NCBI GenBank assembly: GCA_043770255.1
Contig: JAYVIL010000085.1
Location: 1-63,438, forward strand
Source of the DNA: Candidatus Kaiserbacteria bacterium
GTDB taxonomy: Bacteria; Patescibacteriota; Minisyncoccia; Phycocordibacterales; UBA918
Direction of reading: 5' to 3'
Length of the DNA: 63,438 nt
The notes beneath the pieces are model-generated. The model was not told the origin of the DNA, did not search any database, and saw only the letters and a program-made list of their open reading frames with translations. Positions within the stretch are counted from its first letter, which is position 1, and every line of letters starts with the position of its first letter. This document shows positions 17,618 to 26,596 of this stretch, one piece after another. Position numbers and translations under genes: made by a program.

Positions 17618-17656
17618 GAAAAGGGGCGGGCCAATGTGTATGGCCCGCCCCGGTTT
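17618..17656. terminator. bidirectional terminator downstream of nadE
   Basis: GGGGCGGGCCA-ATGTGTA-TGGCCCGCCCC flanked by an A-run and a T-run. Confidence 0.65.
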
Positions 17657-17676
17657 TATTTTTTGTATTTCGTAAC

Positions 17677-19575
17677 TTACGACTGAGACAGGAGTTCTTT
17701 CTTCAGCTGCAAGTAGCGTTCCGTGTAGTACGGAGCCATGACCGACTCACGCCGGTCAAAGCCGAACGCTCGTTTCGAAACGAGAATGTTCGGAACACTC
17801 TGCACGCGTTTCTGTGGCGCTGCCCAGAACAAGTTCCAGCAGCGTTCGAGGTCGGCCACAAAGTCTGCTGCTGTCGGGAAGAGTATCGCCACTTTTCCTT
17901 CAGGCAGCAGCATGAGCTGTTCAAGGTCCCCCGTCAGATACCGTTTTAGGAACCACTCGGGATTCCGCCGGAACCCCACAACCGCATGTACCCAGGCATC
18001 GTGATAGCCGCGAACGAGATTGCCTTCCGCATCCACCCGACCATAGTCGAACGGGTCTTTGCGTGCGGCACCCACAGCCTGCGGACCGAGCTCATCCATC
18101 GGGTCAACGTCGATCGTTGCCTGAGGAATGACTTCGCGTCCATACTCCACCTTGTTTAGATGGTATGCCAGTTGATAGACCTCGCCCTTGAGAAGGTCGC
18201 CAATCGGAGCAATGCTGCCACGACCATCTCCATCACGAGTAAAGAATCCAAACGCCGTTTCCGACTTGTTGCCATTGCAGGTATAGATACCACCAATGAC
18301 CGTCGCATGAGCCGCGAGCACGCCCATCCGGGTGATCGCTTGCAGCGTTTTGAACTGCGCAGTACCAGGCAGAATGCCGTGACGTTTCGCCTTCAGATTG
18401 ACTTCGTCATTAATCGGCATCACCAGGTATTCAATACCGAGATTCTCGGCAAGTTCCTTGGCTGCATCACGTGTCTCGGCCGAGTTATAGTCACCATACG
18501 GCATGTTGATGCCGATGACGTTTTCTTCGCCGAGAACATGCACGAGGAGTGCAGCCACGACTGCCGAGTCAATACCACCAGAGAGGCCGATCACCACCGT
18601 GCGCATACGCGCTGGGATAGTAAGGAAGTAGCCCTGCAAACCAGATACGAGTCCGTCGCAGAGCTGCTTGATATCGAGAGCTTCTTCATACGGCACGGTG
18701 GGCATACCCGTCGACACAACGACATCTTGAACGCCAGCCCAGAACGGTTTGAGGTGCGACGCCACTTCTCCTTGCTCGTTGTAGATTGTTGACGATCCGT
18801 CGAACACGACTAAATTTTTGCCGTTGTTCTGAGGCATCACGTTGTTCACGTAGATGAACGGTACTTTCAGATAGGAAGCAAGACGACGCACATTACTGTG
18901 GCGAGCACGATTCTTTTGCCAACCCCACGGCGAGCTATTGATACTTATCAGTATATCGATGCCGTGAGCAACCAGTTCTTTGATTGGCTTCACAGAATAA
19001 TCAGCATCCCACATATCTTCACAGATAATGGCTCCGAGCCGCAACACTTCGCTGCGAATCGTGACATCAAACGGTTGCAGAATCGCTTCGAGCAATTCTT
19101 TCCGTTCAATCGCCATCTTCACCAAGGACAGGAAATGTCGTTCATCGTCGAACATGCGATATTTCGGCATGAGGGTTTTGACGAAAAACGGTAGGTCAGC
19201 GCGATTGCGCAGAACCGTACCATTTTGTGCCACGATGCCGGCATTCAGTTTCCGCAGACGGCCGTCTTCACCCAAGGCACCTTCGCGATCAATCGCGTAG
19301 GAGCCAAAGATAACCACCATCTCCGAACCCTTGGTCGCCGCTACAAAGCGGTCATTCCAGTACCAGACGTCGCGAACGAATGATTCGTCCTCAGCTTCGT
19401 CGCCAATCAGGTATCCCGGTACACAGAGTTCCGGGAAAATGAGGATGTCGACGCCACGAGCTTTCGCCCGAGCAATTTCATCCATCATCCACGTCGCGTT
19501 CGCACGGGGATTTCCCGCCACGACGGGCATCTGCGCGAGCGCAGTACGAAGTCCTTTTTGCATAAGTGTTTTCAT
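17677..19575 (-). CDS. nadE: glutamine-dependent NAD+ synthetase (nitrilase-like domain + PP-loop synthetase domain)
   Basis: N-terminal CN-hydrolase motifs (ILIFPELCVPGY, GAIICEDMW) and a C-terminal SGGIDS PP-loop. 632 aa. Confidence 0.9.
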   Translation of the reverse strand: MKTLMQKGLRTALAQMPVVAGNPRANATWMMDEIARAKARGVDILIFPELCVPGYLIGDEAEDESFVRDVWYWNDRFVAATKGSEMVVIFGSYAIDREGALGEDGRLRKLNAGIVAQNGTVLRNRADLPFFVKTLMPKYRMFDDERHFLSLVKMAIERKELLEAILQPFDVTIRSEVLRLGAIICEDMWDADYSVKPIKELVAHGIDILISINSSPWGWQKNRARHSNVRRLASYLKVPFIYVNNVMPQNNGKNLVVFDGSSTIYNEQGEVASHLKPFWAGVQDVVVSTGMPTVPYEEALDIKQLCDGLVSGLQGYFLTIPARMRTVVIGLSGGIDSAVVAALLVHVLGEENVIGINMPYGDYNSAETRDAAKELAENLGIEYLVMPINDEVNLKAKRHGILPGTAQFKTLQAITRMGVLAAHATVIGGIYTCNGNKSETAFGFFTRDGDGRGSIAPIGDLLKGEVYQLAYHLNKVEYGREVIPQATIDVDPMDELGPQAVGAARKDPFDYGRVDAEGNLVRGYHDAWVHAVVGFRRNPEWFLKRYLTGDLEQLMLLPEGKVAILFPTAADFVADLERCWNLFWAAPQKRVQSVPNILVSKRAFGFDRRESVMAPYYTERYLQLKKELLSQS

Positions 19576-19638
19576 AGTCGCATTTCCTTTATATCACGAG
19601 AGGAGTACGGCGAGCGATTTGCCCGCCGTACTTTTTGT

Positions 19639-20973
19639 TTACACAATCGTCGCCTGGGTGACGTCACCAGCAGTTCCAAACAAACGGATGTATCGATCAA
19701 TTTCTTTTTGACTGATGCCGGTATGTTTATTCGGATTGTCGGACAACTTCACTGTTGGACGACCGTTCGCTTCAATGACTTTAATGACCATCGAGATAGT
19801 ATGGAAACCGGTCTCGGGTGGCATGATGCCATTGATTTGGTTGGTCGCCATTGTGCCATACCCGAACGTGAGCACGCCCACGTCACGAGCATACGTTTCG
19901 TAGGTTTTCACCATTCGAGCGGCATCGAGTCCATCGGATGGAATAAAGATCTTTTGTTTCGGATCGACACCATGACGTTTGAACCATTCAATTCCTTCCG
20001 GAATTGCGAGAGGTTCGGGCTTAGAGTCGATCCGTATACCGAGGGTATCATACACCAACTGATCGGACGCGCCGGCAAAAAATGCCGACGTACCGAACGT
20101 GTCAGGTAACAAAATCGCCATTTCCGGATAATACTTATACCAGCGCTCGACCACATCATAAGGTGAACGTTTAATCCACTCGTCTGAGTTGTCGCCGAGA
20201 GTCCCCCAAACCATGGGCAACTCGTGTGCATTCGTTCCCTTCGGGTTGTTTTGACCCATCTTGAAAGCGAGCCACACGTTCGAGGGTGGAAGACACTGCC
20301 CAGGCAGACGCTCTTGATACAGCTCTTGTATCATCACTTCAATCAGTCGCGAGTGGCGGCGGCGATGCCCGAATTGGGACAGAGTCAGTCCTGGACACCC
20401 TTTGAGCAGTACACAATCCCTGATCTGGCGTAGATACATTTCCGCGTAGAATGAACTGAACGCTGAGGATGAATCAATGCCTTTCCATAAAAACCAATAG
20501 TACAGCTCGGAGATAATCGCCATCGCAGGAGTTTCCCAGAACATGACTGACAGCCACGAACCGGTAAACCTTAGATCAATCTCGCCATTAGGCAGATACT
20601 GCAAAGTATAATCTGGCAGGTCTCGCCTACGTAATTCATTGAGATACTCGAACTCAAACATATGGCGCGTTACGCCAAATTTATTTGTAATCGTCATGCC
20701 ACCAAGTTGTGACAGTTCAGTTTCGCTAAACTTCAGTTTCTTCAACGCATCAAGCTGTGCTCGGAGAGCAGCTTCGGGAATGACTCTGCCTAGCTTCAAC
20801 CCTTTAGTGCGGATTTTGAGTGCAAAGGTCACCTTCACATCAGCGTGACCCTCTGCCCAAATAAATTGCCCCATTGGGAATTTATAGATGTCACAGTCGA
20901 GACGTGACGTAATGATTGCCCCACCATCACTGTTGGCGAGGGCAAAGATACGGTGCTGCGGAATAAACGACAT
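19639..20973 (-). CDS. pncB: nicotinate phosphoribosyltransferase family protein
   Basis: 444 aa with DCDIYKFPMGQ, FGHRRRHS, KGTNAHE and LLPDTFGT motifs typical of the NAPRTase family. Confidence 0.8.
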   Translation of the reverse strand: MSFIPQHRIFALANSDGGAIITSRLDCDIYKFPMGQFIWAEGHADVKVTFALKIRTKGLKLGRVIPEAALRAQLDALKKLKFSETELSQLGGMTITNKFGVTRHMFEFEYLNELRRRDLPDYTLQYLPNGEIDLRFTGSWLSVMFWETPAMAIISELYYWFLWKGIDSSSAFSSFYAEMYLRQIRDCVLLKGCPGLTLSQFGHRRRHSRLIEVMIQELYQERLPGQCLPPSNVWLAFKMGQNNPKGTNAHELPMVWGTLGDNSDEWIKRSPYDVVERWYKYYPEMAILLPDTFGTSAFFAGASDQLVYDTLGIRIDSKPEPLAIPEGIEWFKRHGVDPKQKIFIPSDGLDAARMVKTYETYARDVGVLTFGYGTMATNQINGIMPPETGFHTISMVIKVIEANGRPTVKLSDNPNKHTGISQKEIDRYIRLFGTAGDVTQATIV

Positions 20974-21109
20974 CGTGTTTCCTTTTGTTGGTTGTTTTGT
21001 AAGTTATGAAATTGTTAAAGAACTGTCCTCGAGTTTCTTTCGGAAACTCTCATAAGTGTCCGAGGCGACGTATCGCCTCGGACAAGATTGAGAATTACTG
21101 AACTATACT

Positions 21110-21769
21110 TCAGTCATACAAACCATACTTCTTAATGTACTGATACGAATCACTCGACAAATGGAGTGGGCGAGTACCGCTCCTTAACGCTTCACGAATA
21201 GCAGTAGAGGACGCGGGATGTGTTTCAGATTCAAGGAAACACCAAGTTCCCGGTACTGCCTTGAAGTCTCTCAACGCTACCCGTGTGTGGGCGAATCGAC
21301 GGGCGGCTTCCGAAGTAAGAGCAGCCTCATTTACACCAGACCTTCCAAACACCCCAACTGGATACTTTTCCATGATTTCTGTCCACCGATCGCCCCACGT
21401 ATGGAGTCCCGCCAGATTATCAGAACCCATGAGCCAAACTAGTTGCAGCTGCGGATACGCATTACTGAAATGTTCAAGAACAACTGCTGTCGCACTCGAC
21501 ACTCCCAGCTGATGCAAGACTACTTCAAACTCGCTTACCTTAATCTTTGAACCAAGTAACCCACTCTTGCGAGTAGCAGTGTGTGCCAGGTGAAGCCTAT
21601 GCGCCACAGGTGCTAATTGATACGCTGTCTTGGCAGTACTTTGCGGGGTGACCATGAGCCAAACTTCGTCGAGCGATAGTTTGGTCAGCGCTTGCTTCAA
21701 CACCTCGATATGGCCTTGGTGCGCCGGATCAACCGACGCACCAAGAATTCCTACTGTTCGCTTTTTCAT
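21110..21769 (-). CDS. nadD: nicotinate-nucleotide adenylyltransferase
   Basis: GILGASVDPAHQGH (the (H/T)xGH motif). The ATG at 21769 overlaps the upstream stop as ATGA; the track start at 21781 is a GTG. Confidence 0.85.
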   Translation of the reverse strand: MKKRTVGILGASVDPAHQGHIEVLKQALTKLSLDEVWLMVTPQSTAKTAYQLAPVAHRLHLAHTATRKSGLLGSKIKVSEFEVVLHQLGVSSATAVVLEHFSNAYPQLQLVWLMGSDNLAGLHTWGDRWTEIMEKYPVGVFGRSGVNEAALTSEAARRFAHTRVALRDFKAVPGTWCFLESETHPASSTAIREALRSGTRPLHLSSDSYQYIKKYGLYD

Positions 21770-22422
21770 GTGGCACCCCACAATTTACCTTGCTGATGAT
21801 GCCAGGCAATCATAGCGATGGCTCTTAGTTCATGATAGTGATAAAACGCAGCAACGTTAACGGACTCGCCATTGCACGTAAGCTGTACCCCTGTTTCTGG
21901 TTGCATACGTGACAGGTCAGTAGAGAACGTCATGATGACTTCTCGTAATGCGCCACTACGCTCATCACTTCCGTCGAGCGTTGAAATCGCTTCCCACTCA
22001 GCATCGGTTACACACAATGCCGAGAAGTTGGTGGCATGCACCATCGATTCATCACCGGTATGCACATGCAAAGCCGCAATTGGTTGAGCCCTGTTTAGAA
22101 ACTCCTCCAACGTAATGACCGAGGCAAATTTCAGATTTTCCTCATCAACTTCGCGATATGCTTCAGACGCAGTTTCCACCATGGTACGCAGCGGGGTATT
22201 CAAAAGCTGTCCAGCTTCGACAAACCCCCCACCAGTAATCCCAAAGCCTTCACCCACAACCGCACTGCGAACTGAGAGCAATAAGCGAATCCTGGTTGCA
22301 TTGAGTACTTGGCACGCAATCACACCGGCACCTGAACCCACGAGCTTGTAATGCTGTGTGTTCTTCATTTTTCCGAAACGTAACTCAAAGAGCCATTTCG
22401 CGAAGACGTCGATCGTTTTCAT
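21766..22422 (-). CDS. hypothetical protein with a degenerate Nudix-like box, translationally coupled to nadD
   Basis: The ATG at 22422 is preceded by AAGGAG. GGGFVEAG...ASEAYREVDEE resembles a split Nudix box (REVxEE), and the stop overlaps the nadD start. The function call is weak. Confidence 0.45.
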   Translation of the reverse strand: MKTIDVFAKWLFELRFGKMKNTQHYKLVGSGAGVIACQVLNATRIRLLLSVRSAVVGEGFGITGGGFVEAGQLLNTPLRTMVETASEAYREVDEENLKFASVITLEEFLNRAQPIAALHVHTGDESMVHATNFSALCVTDAEWEAISTLDGSDERSGALREVIMTFSTDLSRMQPETGVQLTCNGESVNVAAFYHYHELRAIAMIAWHHQQGKLWGAT

Positions 22423-22516
22423 TTTATTCTCCTTAAAGAGCCAAGAACAAGTTGTCCGTAAAATACAACCATTGTTGCATTGCGTCAATCAGTTCGAGAC
22501 CCGGGTTTCAAAGATC

Positions 22517-22547
22517 ATATACACGTTACTTTGTGTATATCTTACAC
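22517..22547. promoter_or_regulatory. inverted-repeat operator candidate upstream of the Nudix-like/nadD/pncB/nadE genes
   Basis: ATATACAC-N8-GTGTATAT (22517-22540) overlaps GTGTA-N5-TACAC (22533-22547). It lies 95-125 nt upstream of the 22422 start. Confidence 0.35.
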
Positions 22548-22616
22548 TATCCTATACTAACCAGTACTTCGTGTCAACTGTAAACGGTCTTAGGCGAGTG
22601 ATTAACAAAGACATAA

Positions 22617-22645
22617 AAAGGGCGGGCACTTTGTGCCCGCCCTAC
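22617..22645 (-). terminator. intrinsic terminator after nadK
   Basis: On the minus strand: GGGCGGGCAC-AAA-GTGCCCGCCC followed by TTTTT. Confidence 0.7.
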
Positions 22646-22660
22646 CCTCTCGTTCCTACT

Positions 22661-23545
22661 CTATAGCGCAAACCCTTTTTTCTCTTGCAACGCTCGTGCA
22701 AATGCTGCAGGACCAAACGTCACCAATAAGAACGGTGTTGCTGCTGCGTGCACCCGGAAGGTAGCCCCGGCCTCAATCACTCCACTTGAAGGGGTAACCT
22801 TACGGCCATCAATGAGCAGCTGGACTCCTACACTGTCCTTAAACTGAAGTGGACGAATGTCGATGCTACCACCTTTCTCTAACTCATCGAGTACGAGAGG
22901 TCGGGTACTCAGTCTGTAGGGACTTATCGGCGTCAACGCAACATGACGCGATGTAGGTACAATTATCGGTCCTCCATGACTGACGTTTTGTGCGGTAGAA
23001 CCAGTTGCTGTCGCAACCAGGACACTACGAGCCATCAATTCTTCAGGGCCGTAGAAATTAGTGCCGCCTACCTCAACCCGAAACGCGATTTGTGTTTCGA
23101 GATGTTCAACAACGACCTCATTTGCAGCCGGTCCAAAAGATTCAGCAACCACATCAGTACCTTCAAGTACATAGTCAACCATGAGTGCAATACGTTCTTC
23201 CACGAGATACGCGCGCGACACAAGCCGAGTGAGTGCATTCTTCCAGGTATCTGCTTCAGCACTAGCCAGAAAACCAACATTGCCACCATTAATCCCGAAC
23301 GTTGGAATACCATACGGCGAGTACTTCTTCATTACCCGCATAATGCTACCGTCGCCCCCAACCGCAATCACCATGCTGGGTTTGTACTCCGGCACATCAA
23401 TATCAGTAGAGAGATGCGCGACTGCACCAAGTAGTGCTAAGTGTGATTTAACTTCATGAGCGATTAACTGCGCCTTGGCGTAATCAACGCCCTCGGCAGC
23501 CACTACGAGGAACTTTTTAAGCAACCCTTTGGTGTGAGTGTCCAT
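22661..23545 (-). CDS. nadK: NAD+ kinase
   Basis: VIAVGGDGSIMR (the GGDG motif) and the size and architecture of the PpnK/NadK family. Confidence 0.85.
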   Translation of the reverse strand: MDTHTKGLLKKFLVVAAEGVDYAKAQLIAHEVKSHLALLGAVAHLSTDIDVPEYKPSMVIAVGGDGSIMRVMKKYSPYGIPTFGINGGNVGFLASAEADTWKNALTRLVSRAYLVEERIALMVDYVLEGTDVVAESFGPAANEVVVEHLETQIAFRVEVGGTNFYGPEELMARSVLVATATGSTAQNVSHGGPIIVPTSRHVALTPISPYRLSTRPLVLDELEKGGSIDIRPLQFKDSVGVQLLIDGRKVTPSSGVIEAGATFRVHAAATPFLLVTFGPAAFARALQEKKGFAL

Positions 23546-23597
23546 TGTATGTATCCTTAAATTGCAAAGATCATCTATAACCAGAGTACACCACCTA

Positions 23598-23616
23598 GTG
23601 TAATTATCAATTACAC
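23598..23616. promoter_or_regulatory. palindromic operator candidate upstream of nadK
   Basis: GTGTAATT-ATC-AATTACAC has perfect 8-bp arms. It overlaps a -35-like TTACAC on the minus strand, with TATAGA about 18 nt downstream. Confidence 0.35.
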
Positions 23617-23917
23617 ACTATCATCGCTCTAACGTTTATACAGCTGTTTGAATATCACCTTTTGGAAAGCTGCCGGCTGCGCATTTTCAATTATCATTAC
23701 GTGCTCTTGGGTAATATCAATAAATGACACTCGGTCGCCAAAGACAAACTGAATGATGTTTTGATCAAATCTATCAGCATCAGCTGGAATACAGCGAATA
23801 AATCGTTCGAGGCTTTTTTGTTTTTGAGAGCTAGAAAGGGGCTGTGAAATCAAGCGTGAGAATTTTGAACCCTGCAATGTTTTGGTTGGAGCCGACCGTG
23901 ATCCACAAGGAGATCAA

Positions 23918-24082
23918 GTGTCAATAGTTTATCGTGTCAAAGTAAATACTGCCGGAGCACGGGGTGAAGCAGACAAAACACAGATCGAGTGGCTGAAAAA
24001 TTCCGCAGCTACCTTGCCTATTGCCCACGCCTTTGCCTTCTCTGACCACCATACAGCAGTAGCTGCCATGATGGCAGCCTAA
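23918..24082 (+). CDS. possible 54-aa protein (GTG start)
   Basis: AAGGAG lies 5 nt upstream of the GTG at 23918. The ORF ends just before a plus-sense terminator (GCCGACA-GTCAT-GTCGGC + TTTTTT, ~24092-24120). Confidence 0.3.
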   Translation: MSIVYRVKVNTAGARGEADKTQIEWLKNSAATLPIAHAFAFSDHHTAVAAMMAA

Positions 24083-24124
24083 TCAACGTAAAGCGCCGAC
24101 AGTCATGTCGGCTCTTTTTTATAA

Positions 24125-25774
24125 TTACAAATTTTCGATAACTGACTTTTCTCCTACCAGTACCATCGTCGTAACGGGAAATGGATAGGGTAGAAGCTTA
24201 CCTAATTCTTCAACCCATAGCGACGCACTAGGCTCATACCGATTTTTTATAATCCATTCGTTTTGATACGAACGCGAAAATGCATTTGGTTCGATACCAT
24301 CGTGCGCAATGGAAAAACCGACAGCGTAAAGCTCTTTTTGCCACTCATCAAAATCCCAAAACGTAAATTCTTCATTCATTTCACTCATCCAGTTTTCGTG
24401 ATAATCTTTGCGAGACAAAAACTCCATTGCAGAAGATAACGGTAGTTGAATATAGGTAGCGTCATCTCGGTTAACCATAGTAAAACTTAATTTTGTCTCT
24501 TTTCCTCTTCTGGCGCTGTCGCGCATATCACGCAAGAATTCCTCCGCAAACCGGAAAAAGCGCGCTTGGGTCGATAACTCACGGGTGGCTCCATGTTTCC
24601 AAATTACCTCCTCGGACAGGTTAGCTGCTAAACCGTCAGTGTTGTTTAGCTTCATAAATACTATCCGGTCTTTTTCCACTGGCCCCACTACATCACGAAT
24701 CACCAGACGTCCGCCTGGTTTGAGCTGTGCAAATTTTTGAGCAAGATACACCCGTACGGATGTTGCCCCGCCACCATACGACCACACTTCATGGAGAGTA
24801 GAGTTACAAATTACGCAGTCAGTACTGTTATCAGCAAAAATCGGTTCGAGAATATTGCGTTGATACACATGCACAAAGGAATTACCAAATTCTCCCGCTC
24901 GCTGCCGTTCCTCAACCCGCGATACAAATTCTCCCGTAATATCAATCCCAATAATATCCGAATCAGGAAACGTTGCGGCTAAACGCACCATCAAAGCGCC
25001 GTCTGCACATCCTTCATCTACAATTTTCCCTTCTTTGATTGCCGATTTGATATCATTAAATTTTAAATCAAGTACATCATGATTCCCCATTCCGACGGTA
25101 TAAACACCATAATTGCGTGATTCTGTGAGTGAACCGCTGTCAGTTAAAAGTGGATCATTCCATAAACGGAGAATATGCTGCGGAATTTCCGGCATATCAT
25201 CCCAAAGAGTACGAGTCCCTTCACTTACCAGATTGTAGGCAGCATTTTCCTTACCCCACGGCGTTTTAATGAGTTCTGCAATAATGGCAGTTGGTGGCAT
25301 TTCTTGATACCTCGCCTCCTTCATATCCCATTCTGCCGGCAAAACTGGAAAACCATTATTGGTAAATTGCTCCATGAGAGTGTCAGTTGATGTCCAAACA
25401 ATCGTATTCTTGGCCTCTAAATATATTCCGGCCTCGGCTGCAACATGTTTTATTAGGTAATCAGCAAAGTTATTTGTTGTTTGTATATGCGGTACCGGCA
25501 CGTATACAATATGCAAACCAAATCGTTCCCGCACTGGCGCCAATATGCGCTCTAAACCAGCAATCCGCGCGTAAAGGGGTACCGGGTTATACCGAGATCC
25601 GTGCTGGTTCGCAGAAGTAATCGGAACGATTATTTGGTCAATAGTATCAATGTTTAGAGGAACTGCCCCTGCCCATTTTAATTCTGAAAATGAAGACGCC
25701 AAAACTGTTTCCAGATAGCTCGCCATAAACTGACTGGTTAAAAGATGTCTTCCGGGTATCAGGAGCGTTGTCAT
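24125..25774 (-). CDS. fusion protein: NadM/NMNAT-like nucleotidyltransferase-fold N-domain (degenerate HxGH) + class I SAM-dependent methyltransferase + C-terminal extension
   Basis: The N-terminus LLIPGRHLLTSQF and ITSANQHGSRYNPVPLYAR resemble GRFQPFHxGH and SAQxSHTxxNPFTAGER of archaeal-type NMNATs. The middle IVDEGCADGALMV...LKPGGRLVIRD is a SAM-MTase motif I/post-I pattern. Confidence 0.55.
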   Translation of the reverse strand: MTTLLIPGRHLLTSQFMASYLETVLASSFSELKWAGAVPLNIDTIDQIIVPITSANQHGSRYNPVPLYARIAGLERILAPVRERFGLHIVYVPVPHIQTTNNFADYLIKHVAAEAGIYLEAKNTIVWTSTDTLMEQFTNNGFPVLPAEWDMKEARYQEMPPTAIIAELIKTPWGKENAAYNLVSEGTRTLWDDMPEIPQHILRLWNDPLLTDSGSLTESRNYGVYTVGMGNHDVLDLKFNDIKSAIKEGKIVDEGCADGALMVRLAATFPDSDIIGIDITGEFVSRVEERQRAGEFGNSFVHVYQRNILEPIFADNSTDCVICNSTLHEVWSYGGGATSVRVYLAQKFAQLKPGGRLVIRDVVGPVEKDRIVFMKLNNTDGLAANLSEEVIWKHGATRELSTQARFFRFAEEFLRDMRDSARRGKETKLSFTMVNRDDATYIQLPLSSAMEFLSRKDYHENWMSEMNEEFTFWDFDEWQKELYAVGFSIAHDGIEPNAFSRSYQNEWIIKNRYEPSASLWVEELGKLLPYPFPVTTMVLVGEKSVIENL

Positions 25775-25863
25775 ACTAAAATTTTAAAAATAATCGAACT
25801 CTCATCGCGGTCAATACAAATGTCTTACTAAAGCAGCTCATTTATCGACCAATTGAATATCGC

Positions 25864-26535
25864 TTAGATAATTGGAGATAGTTCTACTAGTTTTTTAGAA
25901 ACAAATGTATACAAAGCGGCCGGACGATTTTGGACACCTTCTTGCATTTTACCTGTCTCTTTTAGGCAATTAAGGGCGAGGATTTTTTTACGAAAATTTC
26001 TTTTATCAAGTGTTGTTCCTAAAATGACTTCGTACACACTTTGTAACTCAGTCAGTGTAAATGTCGGTGGTAGTAGGAATTGGGCCACCGTCGTATACGC
26101 CAGTTTGCCTCGCAAACGGGCAATAGCCATATCAAACATACTGCCATGATCGTAGGCTAACTTTTTTATACTACCCACCGGCAGCCATCGGACTGAATCA
26201 TTGGTGAATGCGGTAATAATCGACGGTTCAACACAACCGACATACCCCACTGATATCACACGGTTGCGCTTATCTCGTTCCAAGGCACTAAAAGTATATA
26301 GTTGTTCGAGGTAGACTTTTTTTAAAGTAGCTTTATCAGCCAAATGCCGTACTACTGCCTCTTCAGCTGTTTCACTTTTATCAATCAAACCGCCGGGGAA
26401 ACCAGGTATGTTTATGTAGTGAGGCGGACGATTTACATTTTGTACCAACACATGAAGTTTCTTGTTTTGAATCCCAAAAATTACTGCGTCAACTGCCATG
26501 GCGGCAAAGCGTAGCTCAATAGGTGCTTGTTTCAT
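25864..26535 (-). CDS. nrtR: NrtR-family Nudix-related transcriptional regulator of NAD metabolism
   Basis: A Nudix-like N-domain (FPGGLIDKSETAEEAVVRHLADK) plus a C-terminal wHTH signature (LAYDHGSMFDMAIARLRGKLAYTT...FTLTELQSVYEVILGTTLDKRNFRKK...RPAALYTF). The ATG at 26535 is preferred. Confidence 0.85.
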   Translation of the reverse strand: MKQAPIELRFAAMAVDAVIFGIQNKKLHVLVQNVNRPPHYINIPGFPGGLIDKSETAEEAVVRHLADKATLKKVYLEQLYTFSALERDKRNRVISVGYVGCVEPSIITAFTNDSVRWLPVGSIKKLAYDHGSMFDMAIARLRGKLAYTTVAQFLLPPTFTLTELQSVYEVILGTTLDKRNFRKKILALNCLKETGKMQEGVQNRPAALYTFVSKKLVELSPII

Positions 26536-26596
26536 AGAATAAAATAATACTACACTTATCACAAAACGGGTACTCTGTTTGATTCTATACCGCTAT

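Noticed and set aside
19601-19636. A terminator between pncB and nadE
   Set aside because: The hairpin GTACGGCG..CGCCGTAC is real, but its T-run is on the plus strand, the wrong sense for these minus-strand genes. I therefore did not call it a terminator. It may be an intercistronic stabiliser.
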